Origin: a virus
Direction: 5' to 3' (one strand)
Length of the DNA: 64,000 nt
IMG/VR virus record: IMGVR_UViG_3300045988_058019
Span: 39,546-103,545 of that record
Each line of letters begins with the position of its first letter. Positions within the stretch are counted from its first letter, which is position 1. Position numbers and translations under genes: made by a program. Positions 23,156 to 35,771 of this stretch are shown here, in pieces. The notes under the pieces were generated by a model, which searched no databases, was not told the origin of the DNA, and worked only from the letters and a program-made list of their open reading frames with translations.

Positions 23156-26100
23156 TTAAGCTTCACCAACACAAATACCACCTACAAAACGTAAACCGTT
23201 TTTAGTACCAGTCCATCCTGTATAAGTACCACTAGAATTAGTTACTGTAATCATACTTTTCATAATGTCTATGTGAGTATTTACACCATCTGATACAGTC
23301 ACTCCTAACGGAGATATATATGCCTTATTACCCTAAGAATCATAAGCTGTTACAGAAATAGCATCAGCGGCATTGTCATCTAAAGCTTTTATTTCTACTC
23401 TGGATGAATCTACGCCAGTAGGATTCTTCAATACTATTGAAGAAGTAGTATTATCATAAGTAATAACTATATTATCAAGAGTGCTATTCTTTAATGAGAA
23501 GCTGCCACTATTAATAACAGCATGTTCATCGCTTGTATTTCCTATAGTTATACTATCATTTAATTTCAAGTTACCACTAGTATCTACGCTGAACCATTCA
23601 GTAAACGGAGACTGAGCCTAACCTAGATGCATACCAGTTGAATCTAGTTTAAACTGATAATCACCTGTAAGCTACGATATATTATTTTTCTTTATATAAG
23701 TACCTACAGTAGACAGCCCACTAGTATTATTAATCATACTCAATCCGCTACCGTCTAACGTAAGCTTAGTGTCTGCCGTAGTTAACTGTAACTAACTATT
23801 CTCAGAATCAGCAGCTAAGTGTATACCTCCAGCTCCAAAATAAGCTTCACCATTCTCAAAGTCTAACAAGAAATTAGGTCTGAATGAATTAGAAGTATTC
23901 ATAGGATCTGAAGTATTAATCAAATGATACTCAGAACTATCACCGCCACTAGAGTTCTTACCTCTTTGTGAGAACATCAGGTTGTTATTGAATACAGCTC
24001 CACCTACTAATGAGTTAGGTGCAATAAGTAAGTCAGTATAGATTGCCTCATAATTCTCTAATACAGTCCATGCACCAGATGTATCTGTAGCAGGAGATTC
24101 ATTATTCTGTTGAGTACCAATCCACGTCATTACTGATTTTAAGAAATAGTAGTTACCATCACTAGTATCGTATACATAAGGCGCTTTTTCTCCATCATTA
24201 ATATATGGAGTACTAGTACTATATATACCAGCTGGATATGCTATAGGTTGTGAACCTACTGGATCTGGAGTAATTATACCGCCCATAGGATTAGGTTTAG
24301 ACCATGCAGTCTCCATATTATCGTTAATAACTCTACATTGAATAAACCATATGTAATTATACTCATCTCCATTAGTAAGTTCAGGAACATCCATAGACCA
24401 ACCTGTAGGGTCTCTCTTCCACTTCATAGTATCACTCCAAGCTTCACCAGTATATGTAGTTTCAGTACCTTTACAGTATCTAACCTCATAACCTACTCCG
24501 GGAATACCTGAACCACCATTATCACCAGTCATACCGGTCATGTAGTATGGATCACACCATTGTTCCATTAACGTATTATCTCCGCCATTGATAAGAGCAA
24601 ATGTAGCCCATAATACTTTACCGCTACTTAACGCTGGTGCAGTAGAACTCCAACCTGCGGGATAACGTTCAGCTGCATTTAACTGAGGAGCGATTTCCCA
24701 ACTATTGTTTCTAGCAAATCTGTATTCATAGTAGTTACCATCCATGCCTTGAACCTTACCTACATTTACCCATTCACTACCATTCCATACCCACAAGAAA
24801 CCATCGATAACCCAACCATCTCCTATCTGGTTACCTTCCGTCGGAAGATCGTCTGTAGAATCTAAAGTACCTTTAATAACAACTCCTTGACCTGATACTC
24901 TAATTACAGCACCCCATTCTATTACTGTGCCTGTTTCACCTTGAACTGTAGCTATACACTTCCACCATATACCAGTAGACATATCAGGAGTAAGTACCCA
25001 ACCATCGCCTGGATGATACGGGTCATTACTAGTAGGCTTCTCAGGTTGAATCTAGCTCTATTTAAATGCTTCTACTTGATAATTGAAGTTATTACCATCA
25101 AGACCAGGTACACCAGTGATTAGATAAGGACCTTGCCAACCTCTTTCATCCTCAGGTAAGGATTCATCAATTACTAACTTATTATCAAAAGTAACAAGAG
25201 CTTGAATGCCCCATATAGCTTCTTTACCAGTCACAGAGGGCATACCTACACCCCAAATACTACCAGGGTTAATATTCAATCTATCTGGATCTCTAGGCTT
25301 AACATCACTACCAGATGTCTTAGTATACATTACTCTAAGGTGTTGACCATCTTGACCATTATCTCCGAATTTAGCCCATAATGCTGGAGAACTAAAGTTA
25401 CCCCATTTATGTGTGTTACCTTTATACTTTCTTTGACTAACCCATTCGTATTGGAATTCTTGTGTTACTCCCTTAGGAGCATCTGTCCAAGGTTGTTCAC
25501 CAGGAGCTGATTGAGGTATATATTCATCCTGATCTGGATTATTATCTGTAATCTCTGCAGGAGAAGCAGGTAATTTAGTACGCTGATATATATACTCTAC
25601 GCCATCTCCATCTTTACCATTCACTCCCCATTTGGACCAAATAGTAGGATCACTCCATTCACTCCAAGTACCATCAGCTTGTAAGTTGTGTGAACAAACC
25701 CATTCGCATTGGTATGATTCACTAATACCTGTAGGATGATCAGTCCAACCTTGTCTAATAGCTTCAGTCTGACTATTACCTGTAGGTTTAGTAGGAGTAA
25801 CTAAACTAGTTACAGTAAGCTTATATACAAACTCAATATTACTACCATCTGCACCATCATGACCATCTGCACCTGTAAGTCTTACAGGAGTACTCCAAGG
25901 CACTACTATTGTACCTTTACTAGAGAATGTAGCGGTAGACATCCATACATAGCCATTAGGATTACTATCACTACCAGACCATCCTTCAGGATATGTAATA
26001 GTATTAGTATCATAATCCCAACTACCTCCTACAGGAGTATCAGGTCTTTCTATACTCTTAGTAGACTTATATGCTATTACTACTCTAGTAGTATCTCCAT

Positions 26101-26437
26101 CTATACCTGGTACACCATCAATACCATCTTTACCATCTTTACCATCTTTACCATCTTTACCGTCCTTACCTGCATCTCCTGTTCTACCTGCAGGTATACC
26201 GAAGGAGAATAGGAATTGGTTTTTATCTAAAGATACAGATGCTGTAGGTGTACTTGATTCGTATACATCTTTAATTGCAGCTTTAAACTTAGAACTGCCT
26301 ATAACTATATCAGCTACCGATTCAAGTGGTAATTTATAGTTATTATCTTTCTCTGCAGTAACAATGTATTCACTACCTGTAGCTTCAAGCTTCTCTTCTA
26401 AGTCTAATATCTTTACACCATCACATTTTTGTGTCAT
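23156..26437 (-). CDS. Giant collagen-repeat tail fibre, about 1093 aa
   Basis: Fragments 25058-26437, 23792-24982 and 23333-23569 share a frame. Gap 23570-23791 was hand-walked (TAG only). After TAG 23333, 58 codons run to TAA 23156. A Gly-X-Y run GDAGKDGKDGKDGKDGKDGIDGVPGIDGD is present. Confidence 0.7.
26121..26170 (-). repeat. 9-nt tandem repeat encoding collagen-like GKD units
   Basis: Plus strand accatcttt is repeated about five times in tandem. Confidence 0.7.
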
Positions 26438-26448
26438 ATCTCTTTATT

Positions 26449-27147
26449 TTATAATTTACAATAACCGTTACTGCAATTTCCTGTACTGCAAGTATTATTA
26501 GAACAAGAGTAACAAATACCACTAAATAAAGTAGCAGAGTTACGCTCTTTCTCTAAATGAAGACAGTTATCCTTTTCTGTATTAAGGCAGTCACCTTTCT
26601 GAGTAAGAATAGCATTGTTACAGCAAGTACTAGCTGCACATTTGGGTCTAATAGATATCTCAAGTAATCTACAGATATCTACATATAATTGTAAAGCATC
26701 ACGATAATAATCGGATGCCAAAGCATACTCAAGCAACTATCTCTTAAAGACTACTAACATTATATTCTGCATAGTCTGATCATCTAAACAAGTTGAACAG
26801 TGAGTATGTAATTTCCTAATTTCTGCCATATACACAATTGAAGGATTGTAGTATATACCATGAAAATGAATTTCTTCCTGATCCGTAAAACATCTTAATG
26901 TAACATACTTCATATTCCAATCTAACTCTAGAATATCGTCATTAGTTACAGTTACATTATTATCGGAATCTACTGTAATATTCTCAGAAAAGCTAATGTT
27001 ATGTATAGGACTGTCTTCAAGTATGTTCTTTAAATTCCATACTTCATCTATATAAACTTCCCTACTATAGCTACTAAGGTCTACTTCAGTCTCTATTTTG
27101 AAGGTCAGTTTATCACCATCTATTTGTATATTTGTTAATTTGTCCAT
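26449..27147 (-). CDS. Hypothetical protein with Cys-rich C-terminal half, 232 aa
   Basis: Fragments 26737-27147 and 26449-26736 are in frame and joined by TAG 26737, ending at TAA 26449. Confidence 0.55.
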
Positions 27148-27156
27148 ATATCAACA

Positions 27157-27196
27157 ATAAAAAAAGTGGAGAGTGGAATATTCCACAACTCCACTT
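27157..27196 (-). terminator. Rho-independent terminator
   Basis: Near-perfect long palindrome AGTGGAG.GTGGAAT/ATTCCAC.CTCCACT, followed on the minus strand by TTTTTTTATT. Confidence 0.65.
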
Positions 27197-27247
27197 CTGT
27201 AGTTTGTAAAAGGAATCTTATCCCAAATTCAATCTCTCTAACGTGGA

Positions 27248-28222
27248 TTAGGCAATTGTCTTACCAGCAATAAATGACTGAATACCTTTATCTACAATAG
27301 AATTAACTAAACTAGGACAATAAACTTCCGTAGTCAACGGAGTAGTCTTGATGTACTGATTATCATTGCTCAAGTACAGGTTATCGTTTTCGATGATAGC
27401 ATAGTCATATTCTGCATCTTCTACTACTTTACGAGCCTGTTCAACAATAGGATATGCACCAGTAAATACGTGACCTTTATAACCCATGTTACGTACTTCT
27501 GCATCACGTACTTGCTTCCAATAACCCTTACCAGGATTACCAGCAGTCTTAACAATCGTAGCACCTACAACTGCCTTAGGCTGATTAGCAAGCAATGCGC
27601 CAGGGATAGTCTCATACAGAGAAGCTTCCATAGATACAACGCTGTATTCACTCAAAGAGTAAACACCTTCGTTATCATCCTTCGGCATAGCAGTCAAAGT
27701 CAGAACTGCAGCAGAAGCAGAAGCCTGTACTCTACGATTCTTATGAGCATTGATCTTCTTCAACAGAGCATTTACTAAATCTGCAGGGGTAGTAGTTTCA
27801 GCATATACTTCATAAGTATGAGTAAACTGCCAAGCGGCTTCATACATATCCTTATAAACAATACGCAAAACGTAACGATTACCAGCAATGATAGTAGCGT
27901 TAGTCAAAGTGATCACAATCTTTTCTTCAACAGGAGCTACATATTCGCCAATTACTGCAGACGGTTTAGAAGCTTTCTGAATTTCAGTAGAGAAATCAAT
28001 ATTAGCTTTCTGTGCTACCGTACCATCAGGCATAGTAACATTCATCTTTTCACCTGCTACACCTACATACAGAGAGTTAGCATTTACTGCATCAGCAGCA
28101 GTCTTAATAAGAGCCTTATTCTCATCGAACAAAGCAACATCACCAACAGCTAAAGCATCCACTGTAGTGTAAGAAGCCGGAGCTTGTTTTCCAATCAGAA
28201 CTGAGTGTACTGAAGTTATCAT
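27248..28222 (-). CDS. Probable abundant virion protein, 324 aa (no TAG, own terminator)
   Basis: Intact ORF with visibly GC-richer codons and a strong terminator immediately downstream. Family not recognised. Confidence 0.6.
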   Translation of the reverse strand: MITSVHSVLIGKQAPASYTTVDALAVGDVALFDENKALIKTAADAVNANSLYVGVAGEKMNVTMPDGTVAQKANIDFSTEIQKASKPSAVIGEYVAPVEEKIVITLTNATIIAGNRYVLRIVYKDMYEAAWQFTHTYEVYAETTTPADLVNALLKKINAHKNRRVQASASAAVLTLTAMPKDDNEGVYSLSEYSVVSMEASLYETIPGALLANQPKAVVGATIVKTAGNPGKGYWKQVRDAEVRNMGYKGHVFTGAYPIVEQARKVVEDAEYDYAIIENDNLYLSNDNQYIKTTPLTTEVYCPSLVNSIVDKGIQSFIAGKTIA

Positions 28223-28319
28223 ATTAAATGTTTGTTTTTAAATTAGACATTAGCGCTTAGTCTATTCGCTTACTTTCTACTTTCATTATTTCAGATTTCC
28301 ACGTTGGTAAGCGCCTTAA

Positions 28320-28988
28320 TTATTCGTCCTAAGATTTCTTAGAACTTGTATTAGGTATAGTTTGTACTATCATTTGAACTGCTAGATCAACTATATCCTA
28401 ATGTGTATTTTCTGGAAGATCTGTGTATTCTTTAGTAAGATCGCTTACGTTACCCAGATCTTTTGCTTTTCTTAAGTAGGTAAGTTCATAAGAACTTATA
28501 TCATATTTACCATCAGTATATAATACAATTTTATTGTCAGTATATACTCTAATAGGTTTTGCTTGATTATAACGCAATCTGTGATCTGATAGACTATTAC
28601 TTAGTCTAGAGCTTACTGTCTCTATTGTGGCCTCTATTACATCAGACTCACGAGTAATTAAGTTATTGCATTTATTATCCTTTATACTTATATATACATT
28701 TTCACCAAGTGCAAACATATAATCTTCAGGATAATCAGCTTCCCATTTATTACCTAATTTACTAAAGCTATAAGTAGTATAGCTCTTAGTATTTACTAAA
28801 GTACGTATGTTATCAGTAATCTCTTGATTTCTCTAGAATACTCTAAAGTTCTGTTTAACATATTCGTCTTTAGCTTTGTTTATGAAATGAAACAAAGTAT
28901 CTGAAGGAAACTTAATAGTATCATTATAGTTTGTTATAATGTTATTCAGTTGCCTTTCTACATTTATTTGAAAATCTCTTTCGCGCAT
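28320..28988 (-). CDS. Head/neck-module hypothetical protein, 222 aa
   Basis: ATG 28988 is in frame with ORF-track 28398-28718. TAGs are read through to TAA 28320. Confidence 0.5.
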
Positions 28989-28990
28989 AA

Positions 28991-29701
28991 TTATTCAGAT
29001 ACTTGGTTTAACTAAAATTTAGAAGATTGTCTTTGAGATTCTATATTCTCTAAAGCAATTACTACAGCTCTATTAATAATCTCATACATGACATCTTCAG
29101 GAAAATCTAATTCTTGTTCAGGTTTAGTGTAGTCAAACTTAGTTGGTTTCTTAACATAAGTAATATCTACTCTATAGAACTCTGTATTATCTTCTACTCT
29201 TGGAGCATACATAGGATCCTGCATTAAAACAGGATCTACGTATACTAAGAGTTTATCATTTTCTAAAGTAGCTACTGGATTCTCTACCCAAGGTATATTA
29301 TTATAAGTCTACTTAAAAGGCTTTACTAATTCATGACTAGTAAGTACGCAGTTAGTCTAGAATTGTCCATACTTAAGTAATACACTAAGTATAGTCATTC
29401 TATTATCTTCATCATGAACATCTTCTAATGCATACTCATTGTAGCCTGTATGTACAGCATGAAGATTAACATCTGTAGCTATTAACTTTTCTATCTCAGA
29501 TAAGTTAGATACAGAACCTTCTAAACCTACTCTTAAAGCATTATTACCAGTAATCTTATTACTTAAGATTTCTAACTATGCTTGATTAAGAAATAAGTCT
29601 ACTTCCTCGTCTAAAAATGCGGGGCATCCGCCATAAGCAATACCTTCTGCATTCTTATCCAGAACTACCTTGAAAATTATATGAGAATCTTTATTAGTCA
29701 T
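28991..29701 (-). CDS. Head/neck-module hypothetical protein, 236 aa
   Basis: ATG 29701 (TAATG overlap) is in frame with ORF-track 29012-29224. TAA lies at 28991. Confidence 0.5.
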
Positions 29702-30453
29702 TACTTAGATTTAATTTCATTAAGTATTGCTAATTTAATATCTTGATTCTTCTTATCCTTAAGATAAGCAATTACATCTTCAAGACCATTACCAATTAAA
29801 TCAGTACCAAAGTAATATTGAGCACGATTCTTTCTAATAATGTTTTTAGCAATAGCTTCTTCAATTACGAAGTTAATTTCTTTATTAGGGTTATTTACCC
29901 ATTTCATCAAGAACTTAGAAGGATCAGCTTCAATAAATTCTGACAGTTTAGCTTCAGCAACCTCATTAGACATAGAATCTGATTTCATACCATAGAGACG
30001 TAAACACTTACGCATTTCTTCAGTAGACATCTTATCCATCTCTCTATATGCTTCACGCTTAACTTTATTGAACTTGTTCTGTTCTTCTGCTTCACTATCC
30101 TTATTAATCATAACATAATCAGTGCTAGGCTTAATATCGTTAAGACCATTAGCTACTCTCTTATGTTTCTTAAGGAATAGGTATTTTAATTCATCCTCAG
30201 GTCTATTAGTATCCAATATTAAATCCTTTTTGCCAATCTTAATAGCAAAAGTATCCCAAAACGCACTATTAGGAGATAACTATCCCTCAGGATAACCAAT
30301 TTCTTTTTCTAATCTGGTTGCATCTTCTGCAGATAAACCAGTATATAAATTACCAGATCTAGTCCAGTAAGAGCTTACATAATCAAAACATGTAGGCCAT
30401 TTAGTAATCCCAGTCCAGGGATTAGTTTTAATTATTCTAACGATTACTTCCAT
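29701..30453 (-). CDS. Hypothetical protein, 250 aa
   Basis: ATG 30453 is in frame with ORF-track 29701-30216, with one TAG in between. Confidence 0.5.
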
Positions 30454-30458
30454 AATTA

Positions 30459-31469
30459 TTAATTAGATTGTTCAGTTAGTTGTTCTTTATATTTCCAGAT
30501 ATACTTAGCGTTGTTCCAAGCACGTTTATTATTTGGATCTATTGGATTTTGCAATTGTCTTTGTATACCTCTTCTATCACAACCAGATTCTCTAGATGCT
30601 TCAACAATAGAAACATATTCTTTAATTATATTGCCATCTTTATCATATTGATTTATAGCTTTAGCTACTTTTAAACCATTTTTAATGGCAATACTCTTTT
30701 GTTTTTCAGTTACCTTTCTATTCTTTCTAGATTCTAAATCAGCTTTTCTACAAGCTTCTGATATAGTAGGCTTCCAATCAGGGTCTTTAGCAAATAAACT
30801 AGCTGGAACTGTTTTAGGTACATCGGGGTAGTCTTCTTTGTAAACCCAAATGTAAGGATTTACTTTAGAACCAGTTATATTTCTACCCTTTAACGCATTA
30901 GATAGAGTTGTAACCTGTATTCCTGTTAATCTAGACGCTTCGTTTACACCACAATACTCTGATATAAATTTACCGTCTTTAGTGTATTGTAGCACTGGTT
31001 TTCTTCTAGAAGAACCAATATTTCCGGAATTGCGATAAGCTTCTCTTGCTTCTGTAATTATTTTTCCAGCTTCAGATAGTTTAAGTCTAGTGGCTTCGGT
31101 AACTTCTCTACCAATAGCTTTTTGACGAATCTTTTCTTTGGTTTCTTCAGTATGGCGTCTACCAAAAGTTCCGTCTCCGCCTTCAGTCATATTATAACCA
31201 AATTCATCTTGCAATGATTTATATTCGGAAATATAATATTGTTCTTTCTCGGTGAGTTCTTCCCAACTATTGCAGAAATCTATAAGTTCTATTGAGAAGT
31301 TCTCTTTTCCATATTTTCTTATAGCATTATGTAACTTGAAAGGGCATCCGTGCTCGGCACTATAGATGTGTTCTTTCCACCGAGCACTTATACCTTTACT
31401 TGTGATACCTATATATACTTTATTATTAACCTTGTTTGTTATTTTATAAACATCATATGAACGCATCAT
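30459..31469 (-). CDS. GIY-YIG homing endonuclease (no TAG)
   Basis: VYKITNKVNNKVYIGITS..ARWKEH, YNMTEGGDG, repeated K..S....G helix modules and a C-terminal KYIWKYKE. Confidence 0.8.
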   Translation of the reverse strand: MMRSYDVYKITNKVNNKVYIGITSKGISARWKEHIYSAEHGCPFKLHNAIRKYGKENFSIELIDFCNSWEELTEKEQYYISEYKSLQDEFGYNMTEGGDGTFGRRHTEETKEKIRQKAIGREVTEATRLKLSEAGKIITEAREAYRNSGNIGSSRRKPVLQYTKDGKFISEYCGVNEASRLTGIQVTTLSNALKGRNITGSKVNPYIWVYKEDYPDVPKTVPASLFAKDPDWKPTISEACRKADLESRKNRKVTEKQKSIAIKNGLKVAKAINQYDKDGNIIKEYVSIVEASRESGCDRRGIQRQLQNPIDPNNKRAWNNAKYIWKYKEQLTEQSN

Positions 31470-31552
31470 AATATATAATATTTTTTGTTATATATTATAT
31501 AACGTTAACCGTGCCGCAAGGTTCCTAATAATTGTATAAAAAAGTTAGTTTA

Positions 31553-33022
31553 TCACTCTGCTTCCATGATTAGTTCCCCACACGCACGTGGATCCCTTAA
31601 CATTATGCCCATTTCTCCAAGGAAGAATACCGTGTAGCCGTCCTTACCATTAGATCTCAGAGTATTAATAGACTTACCATAGCCAGACGGAAGAACTGCA
31701 CCACCAGTAGTCCAAGTTACGAATTCACGATCCTTACGAACTACCTTAACGATGTTAGCTTCACCATCACGTCTACCCAGATCCAGGAATGTCATACGAT
31801 ATGATTCCAGCGGTTTCAGAGTAACCGGATGCAACTTACGATTGTAAGTAATATCGTCGTACAGCGGGAAATACTTCAGAGTCAACTCGATACCATTAGT
31901 CATCTTATAAGTCTTGAACTGACCACCGAAAGTAAGACTATCACCAGAACCAGTTACAAATACAGTATCAATAAGGTTCATGTTAACTACCTTTTCCTTC
32001 AGAATTCTATCGAATTCACGGATACCCATTTCACCAGTCAATGCAACAAACTTACGTTCGTTAGTACCAAGTACATTGTAAGACAGGTCAAACAGGAAGT
32101 CTTCTAGCAATTCTGCAGTAAGATGAGTATAGTAACGTCTGTTAGACGGAGCAATCTGTTCCAACAGACCAGCACCAATAAATACTGGACGACCGTTAGT
32201 ACCCTTCAGATTACAAGAACCATCTTTGTTTACATTAGATTTCATGTAAACCAACATACGTTCACATCTCTTATACCATTCACGCAGAGCTACCCATTCC
32301 TGATAATCAGCCCACAAATAAGACTTCTTACCAGTCTTAGGATCTTGCAAAGCAATAGCCATTACTGTAGAATAAGCTGAACCAGTAATATCATAGTTGA
32401 TACGAATTGTAGTAAGATAATTACGCATCTTGAAGTGAGTATTATAGTTCAGGATATCACCCTCTTCACTGTACTCTTCAACAGCAGAAGCCAGACGAGA
32501 TACTTGGCAACCCGGTTTCAAGAGTTCTGCAGGAATATAAGAAGTAGGCTGACCATCAGCTACAAAACAAGTATATACCCACAAGTTACCATCTTGGTAC
32601 GGAGCACCTGCTACACGTACTTGGAATTCCTTATCGTCAAATTCCAATACAGCAGTAGGACCAAACCAGTTATCTTCTAACCACAGCATAATCGGTGTAT
32701 TGCCAAGACCTGCAGTTGAATCATCTGTAATAGCTGCGCCATTCCATTTTGCATCTCTAATTGTAACTGCTCTATCGGCATCAATCATTACATTCCACTC
32801 CCAGCTCGGTTGATCAATGGTCATTACATTACCAAGACCACCAGTAAGCATATCCAAAGAAGTGTTGTAACCATTATCTTTGGTACCGAATACATAGGAC
32901 AACACAGTAGCAACCTGATACGGATTCTATTGTGATGCTGCAGAAATCTTAGCGGTATCAATCAAATCACTGAACCACTTACCTTTATACAGTACCAAAT
33001 TATTCAGAATATTATTATCCAT
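31553..33022 (-). CDS. Major capsid protein candidate (crAss-like), 489 aa
   Basis: Size, visibly GC-richer codons, and position after the portal and an acidic scaffold-like gene. ATG 33022 is in frame with ORF-track 31553-32905. There is a single TAG at 32927, and the gene ends with TGA. Confidence 0.65.
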
Positions 33023-33053
33023 AAAATACTAGTAAATTAATTTTTAGTTATTA

Positions 33054-34214
33054 TTAATTAGCACGCAATCTTCGTGCGAAGGAATTCCACATAGACTCGG
33101 TGCTAGTGTTATCCTGTTTATTAGTCTTTCTACTTACTCCTGTTCTATTAAGGCTATTTTTAAACTTGTTAATAGCAGCATTTTGACCTTTTACTTCAGC
33201 AGCTTTTACAAGCGTATCTCCTTTCATAGTAAAGTAGGCAGACTCAATTAAATTTTTTACGCTCTTAGACCAATCTTTTTGAAATTTGGTCATACCATCA
33301 GAGGTAGGTTTGAATATATATTCCAACAGTATTTGTTTATCCTTTTCAGGAATTTTAACACCGCGAATATTATCCATGCCCTTTATTTCGTTGACAACGG
33401 TATCAAAGTACTCCTGTTGACGTTGGGCTGCAAGCTTAGCGGCATTTTCTTGGTCTTTCAATAGCTGTTGTTTCTTATTCTCTCTTATGTCCTTAAGGGC
33501 TTCAGCAGCATCTTGAGACTCATCTTCAAGAATACCGGCTTCCTCATATTTAGTAAGTTTCTTTTCAATCTATTTAGCATTAAAACCCTTTTCTTTAAGG
33601 AATTCTTTCAATACTAACTTCTGATTACTTTCATCTTCGAGGTCGATATCATCAAGATCAATTTCATTGTCAATTGAGAAATAATCTCTCAAATTACCAC
33701 CATTCTTAACAAACTTATCAAGTTGCTCAACTTCTTCACTAGCGTATTGTGGTACTGAGTTTTCTTCAATTACATCGTTAAAGTAATCAATAAGATCTTC
33801 AACGGTCTTGGGTTTATCATCATCCTCAATGTCATCCCAACCTAACTTTTCAGACAAAGAATCAAAGAAACCTGTTACTATGGTAGTTTCATCAGTAGAC
33901 TCTTCTGGTTCTTCTTCCTCAACTTCAGGTTCTTCTACTTCTTCTTTTGTAGTAGTTTTAGGTTTAGCCTTAGGTTTAGATTTTACTTCTTTATCTTCTT
34001 CCTTAGATTCTTCCTCTTCCTCAGGTTCAGTTTTAGTATTCTTACGAATGTTATCTAATTCTTCTTCACTGAGTTCTTCTCCTACTCCTTCAAGATCAAT
34101 TTTTGTTTCTTCCTCTTCCTCATTAGTAGGAGAAACAATAGGTTTATTCTTTACACTTGCTCCTGGCATGAGATCCTCAAATACCTCAAAACCGTTCAAT
34201 GTTACATTATCCAT
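33054..34214 (-). CDS. Acidic scaffold-like protein, 386 aa
   Basis: Fragments 33570-34214 and 33054-33461 are in frame, joined by TAG 33570. There is a long E/D/K-rich N-terminal region. The function call rests on position and composition only. Confidence 0.45.
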
Positions 34215-34232
34215 AATTATATATAATTAGAT

Positions 34233-34640
34233 TTATTGTATTTCTTTAAGTTCATTTATTTCATGTTTGAGTTCATCGATAGCTTCATCAATGTCCTCTT
34301 CTGATTCACTTTCTTCTATATTGTATTCCTTATCAGTTAGACAGTATCTAGATACTAATAGATCAAAGTAATATCTCAATTCTTCTTCATTGAAATATTT
34401 CTAATTAGTTAGTGCATCTAATTCCTCTCTAGTGAGATTTTTAGCATATAGTGGATCTGTCCTAGGATCGAAAGTAGAATAACATGACTAATCTAACCCC
34501 GTATAGCTACCATCGTAATAATTGAATATAGTATCGGTACAATATACTGGAGTGAATGTTTCGACGTACTATTGCTGCTTCTTGGCAGCTCTAATATAGG
34601 TCTATAATTTTATTTCAACTGTTATCGGATCTACTATCAT
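34233..34640 (-). CDS. Hypothetical protein, 135 aa (acidic C-terminus)
   Basis: Hand translation gives MIVDPITVEIKLQTYIRAAKK...EEDIDEAIDELKHEINELKEIQ. ATGA overlap with the upstream gene. Confidence 0.45.
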
Positions 34641-35734
34641 ACTAATGTTTTATTATTCCCATTACTAGTAATTGGAACTGAATTAAAATCTTTCACAAAC
34701 TACCTTTTACTTTTATAAGTATTAAATAGTTTTTTCATATTATCGTTATCAGAATTAAAAATCAAATCCTTTATTTGTTTCAATCCTACTTTACTATCAG
34801 GTTTCAATAGATTTTTATTTATCATGTTAGTCCTAAATTCATTCATATGCGATTTAGTTTCTTCAAAGTTATGTAAATATCTCTAAATCCAATCATACGT
34901 TTTAGGATACATAGTTTTAGTCTTTTTGGTATCTACGAATCTATTATCAAATATAGGCAAACTTAATGCTCCTGCTTTCTAATTATCATAATGACTTTTT
35001 TCATGACTTATTAAACCTGGCTATAATTTACCATTCTTAACGTAATCAGAATTAATAAATACATAGTCAGGTATATTAGGATCGAAAGAACCATTAGCAC
35101 TCATTGGTTTTATTCCGATCTACATTAAATCAGGAGAATTTTTACTTTTTGCATAATTCTATAACTATTTTGTATAAGTTTTTACATAGTTTGTACCATA
35201 TTTTTTATCAAAATTAGCTGCTCTTCTTAATGCATCCTCATTCTCTATAAGGCGCTCGTAACTAGCGTTTCTATCTTCAATAGCCTACTAATATAATTTA
35301 ATCCTACCATCTCTATAATTTTTTGCTTCGTCTATAGCATTATCTATAGCTTTCTTATTTACCGTAGGTATTTCTCTTTTAGGAGTAACGCCCTTGTACT
35401 TCTTTCTAAAGTTTCTAACAGTAGTAGGTACGAATGATATCATAGTAACCGCAGCTAATCCAGCACCTAACCAATCTCTATTCTTTACCGCATTATAAGT
35501 ATCTCTAGCTGATATAGCGTCGCCAATAGGAGTCATATTAGCAGCATCTTCAAGACTGAATACAGGTTTTAAGCCTTCCTCTAAAGGTCTACCACTACTA
35601 CTTCTACCTGTAGCTTGGAAGAATTTCTCCTTCTCAGGATCGCCTGTCTGACCACCATCTGCAAATGCTTCTACCTTCCAATCCCAATAGCCTTTACCGG
35701 GATTATTCTCCCGGTAAGACTTTAGGTTTTGCAT
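34637..35734 (-). CDS. Hypothetical protein with HEKSH (HExxH) motif
   Basis: ORF-track 35288-35734 extended through several TAGs to TGA 34637. An alternative ATG at 35761 is also in frame. Confidence 0.5.
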
Positions 35735-35771
35735 TCTCTATTTAAATGCTTGTTTATCCATAATCTTTCAA

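Noticed and set aside
26121-26170. Possible CRISPR-like repeat array
   Set aside because: The units are 9 nt, contiguous and without spacers, and lie inside a coding Gly-X-Y run. It is not a CRISPR array, and none was seen elsewhere.
25859-26212. 117-aa plus-strand ORF over the collagen repeat
   Set aside because: It is antisense to the giant fibre gene. The repeat generates an open frame on both strands.
33808-34230. 140-aa Ser-rich plus-strand ORF
   Set aside because: It is the antisense shadow of the Glu/Asp-rich scaffold-like gene (GAA/GAG repeats read as TTC/CTC). There is no independent start context.
31553-34639. TGA or TAA recoding
   Set aside because: TGA and TAA coincide with sensible gene ends followed by new starts (MCP TGA 31553, 34637 TGA with ATGA overlap, many TAATG junctions). 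They never interrupt same-frame fragments.
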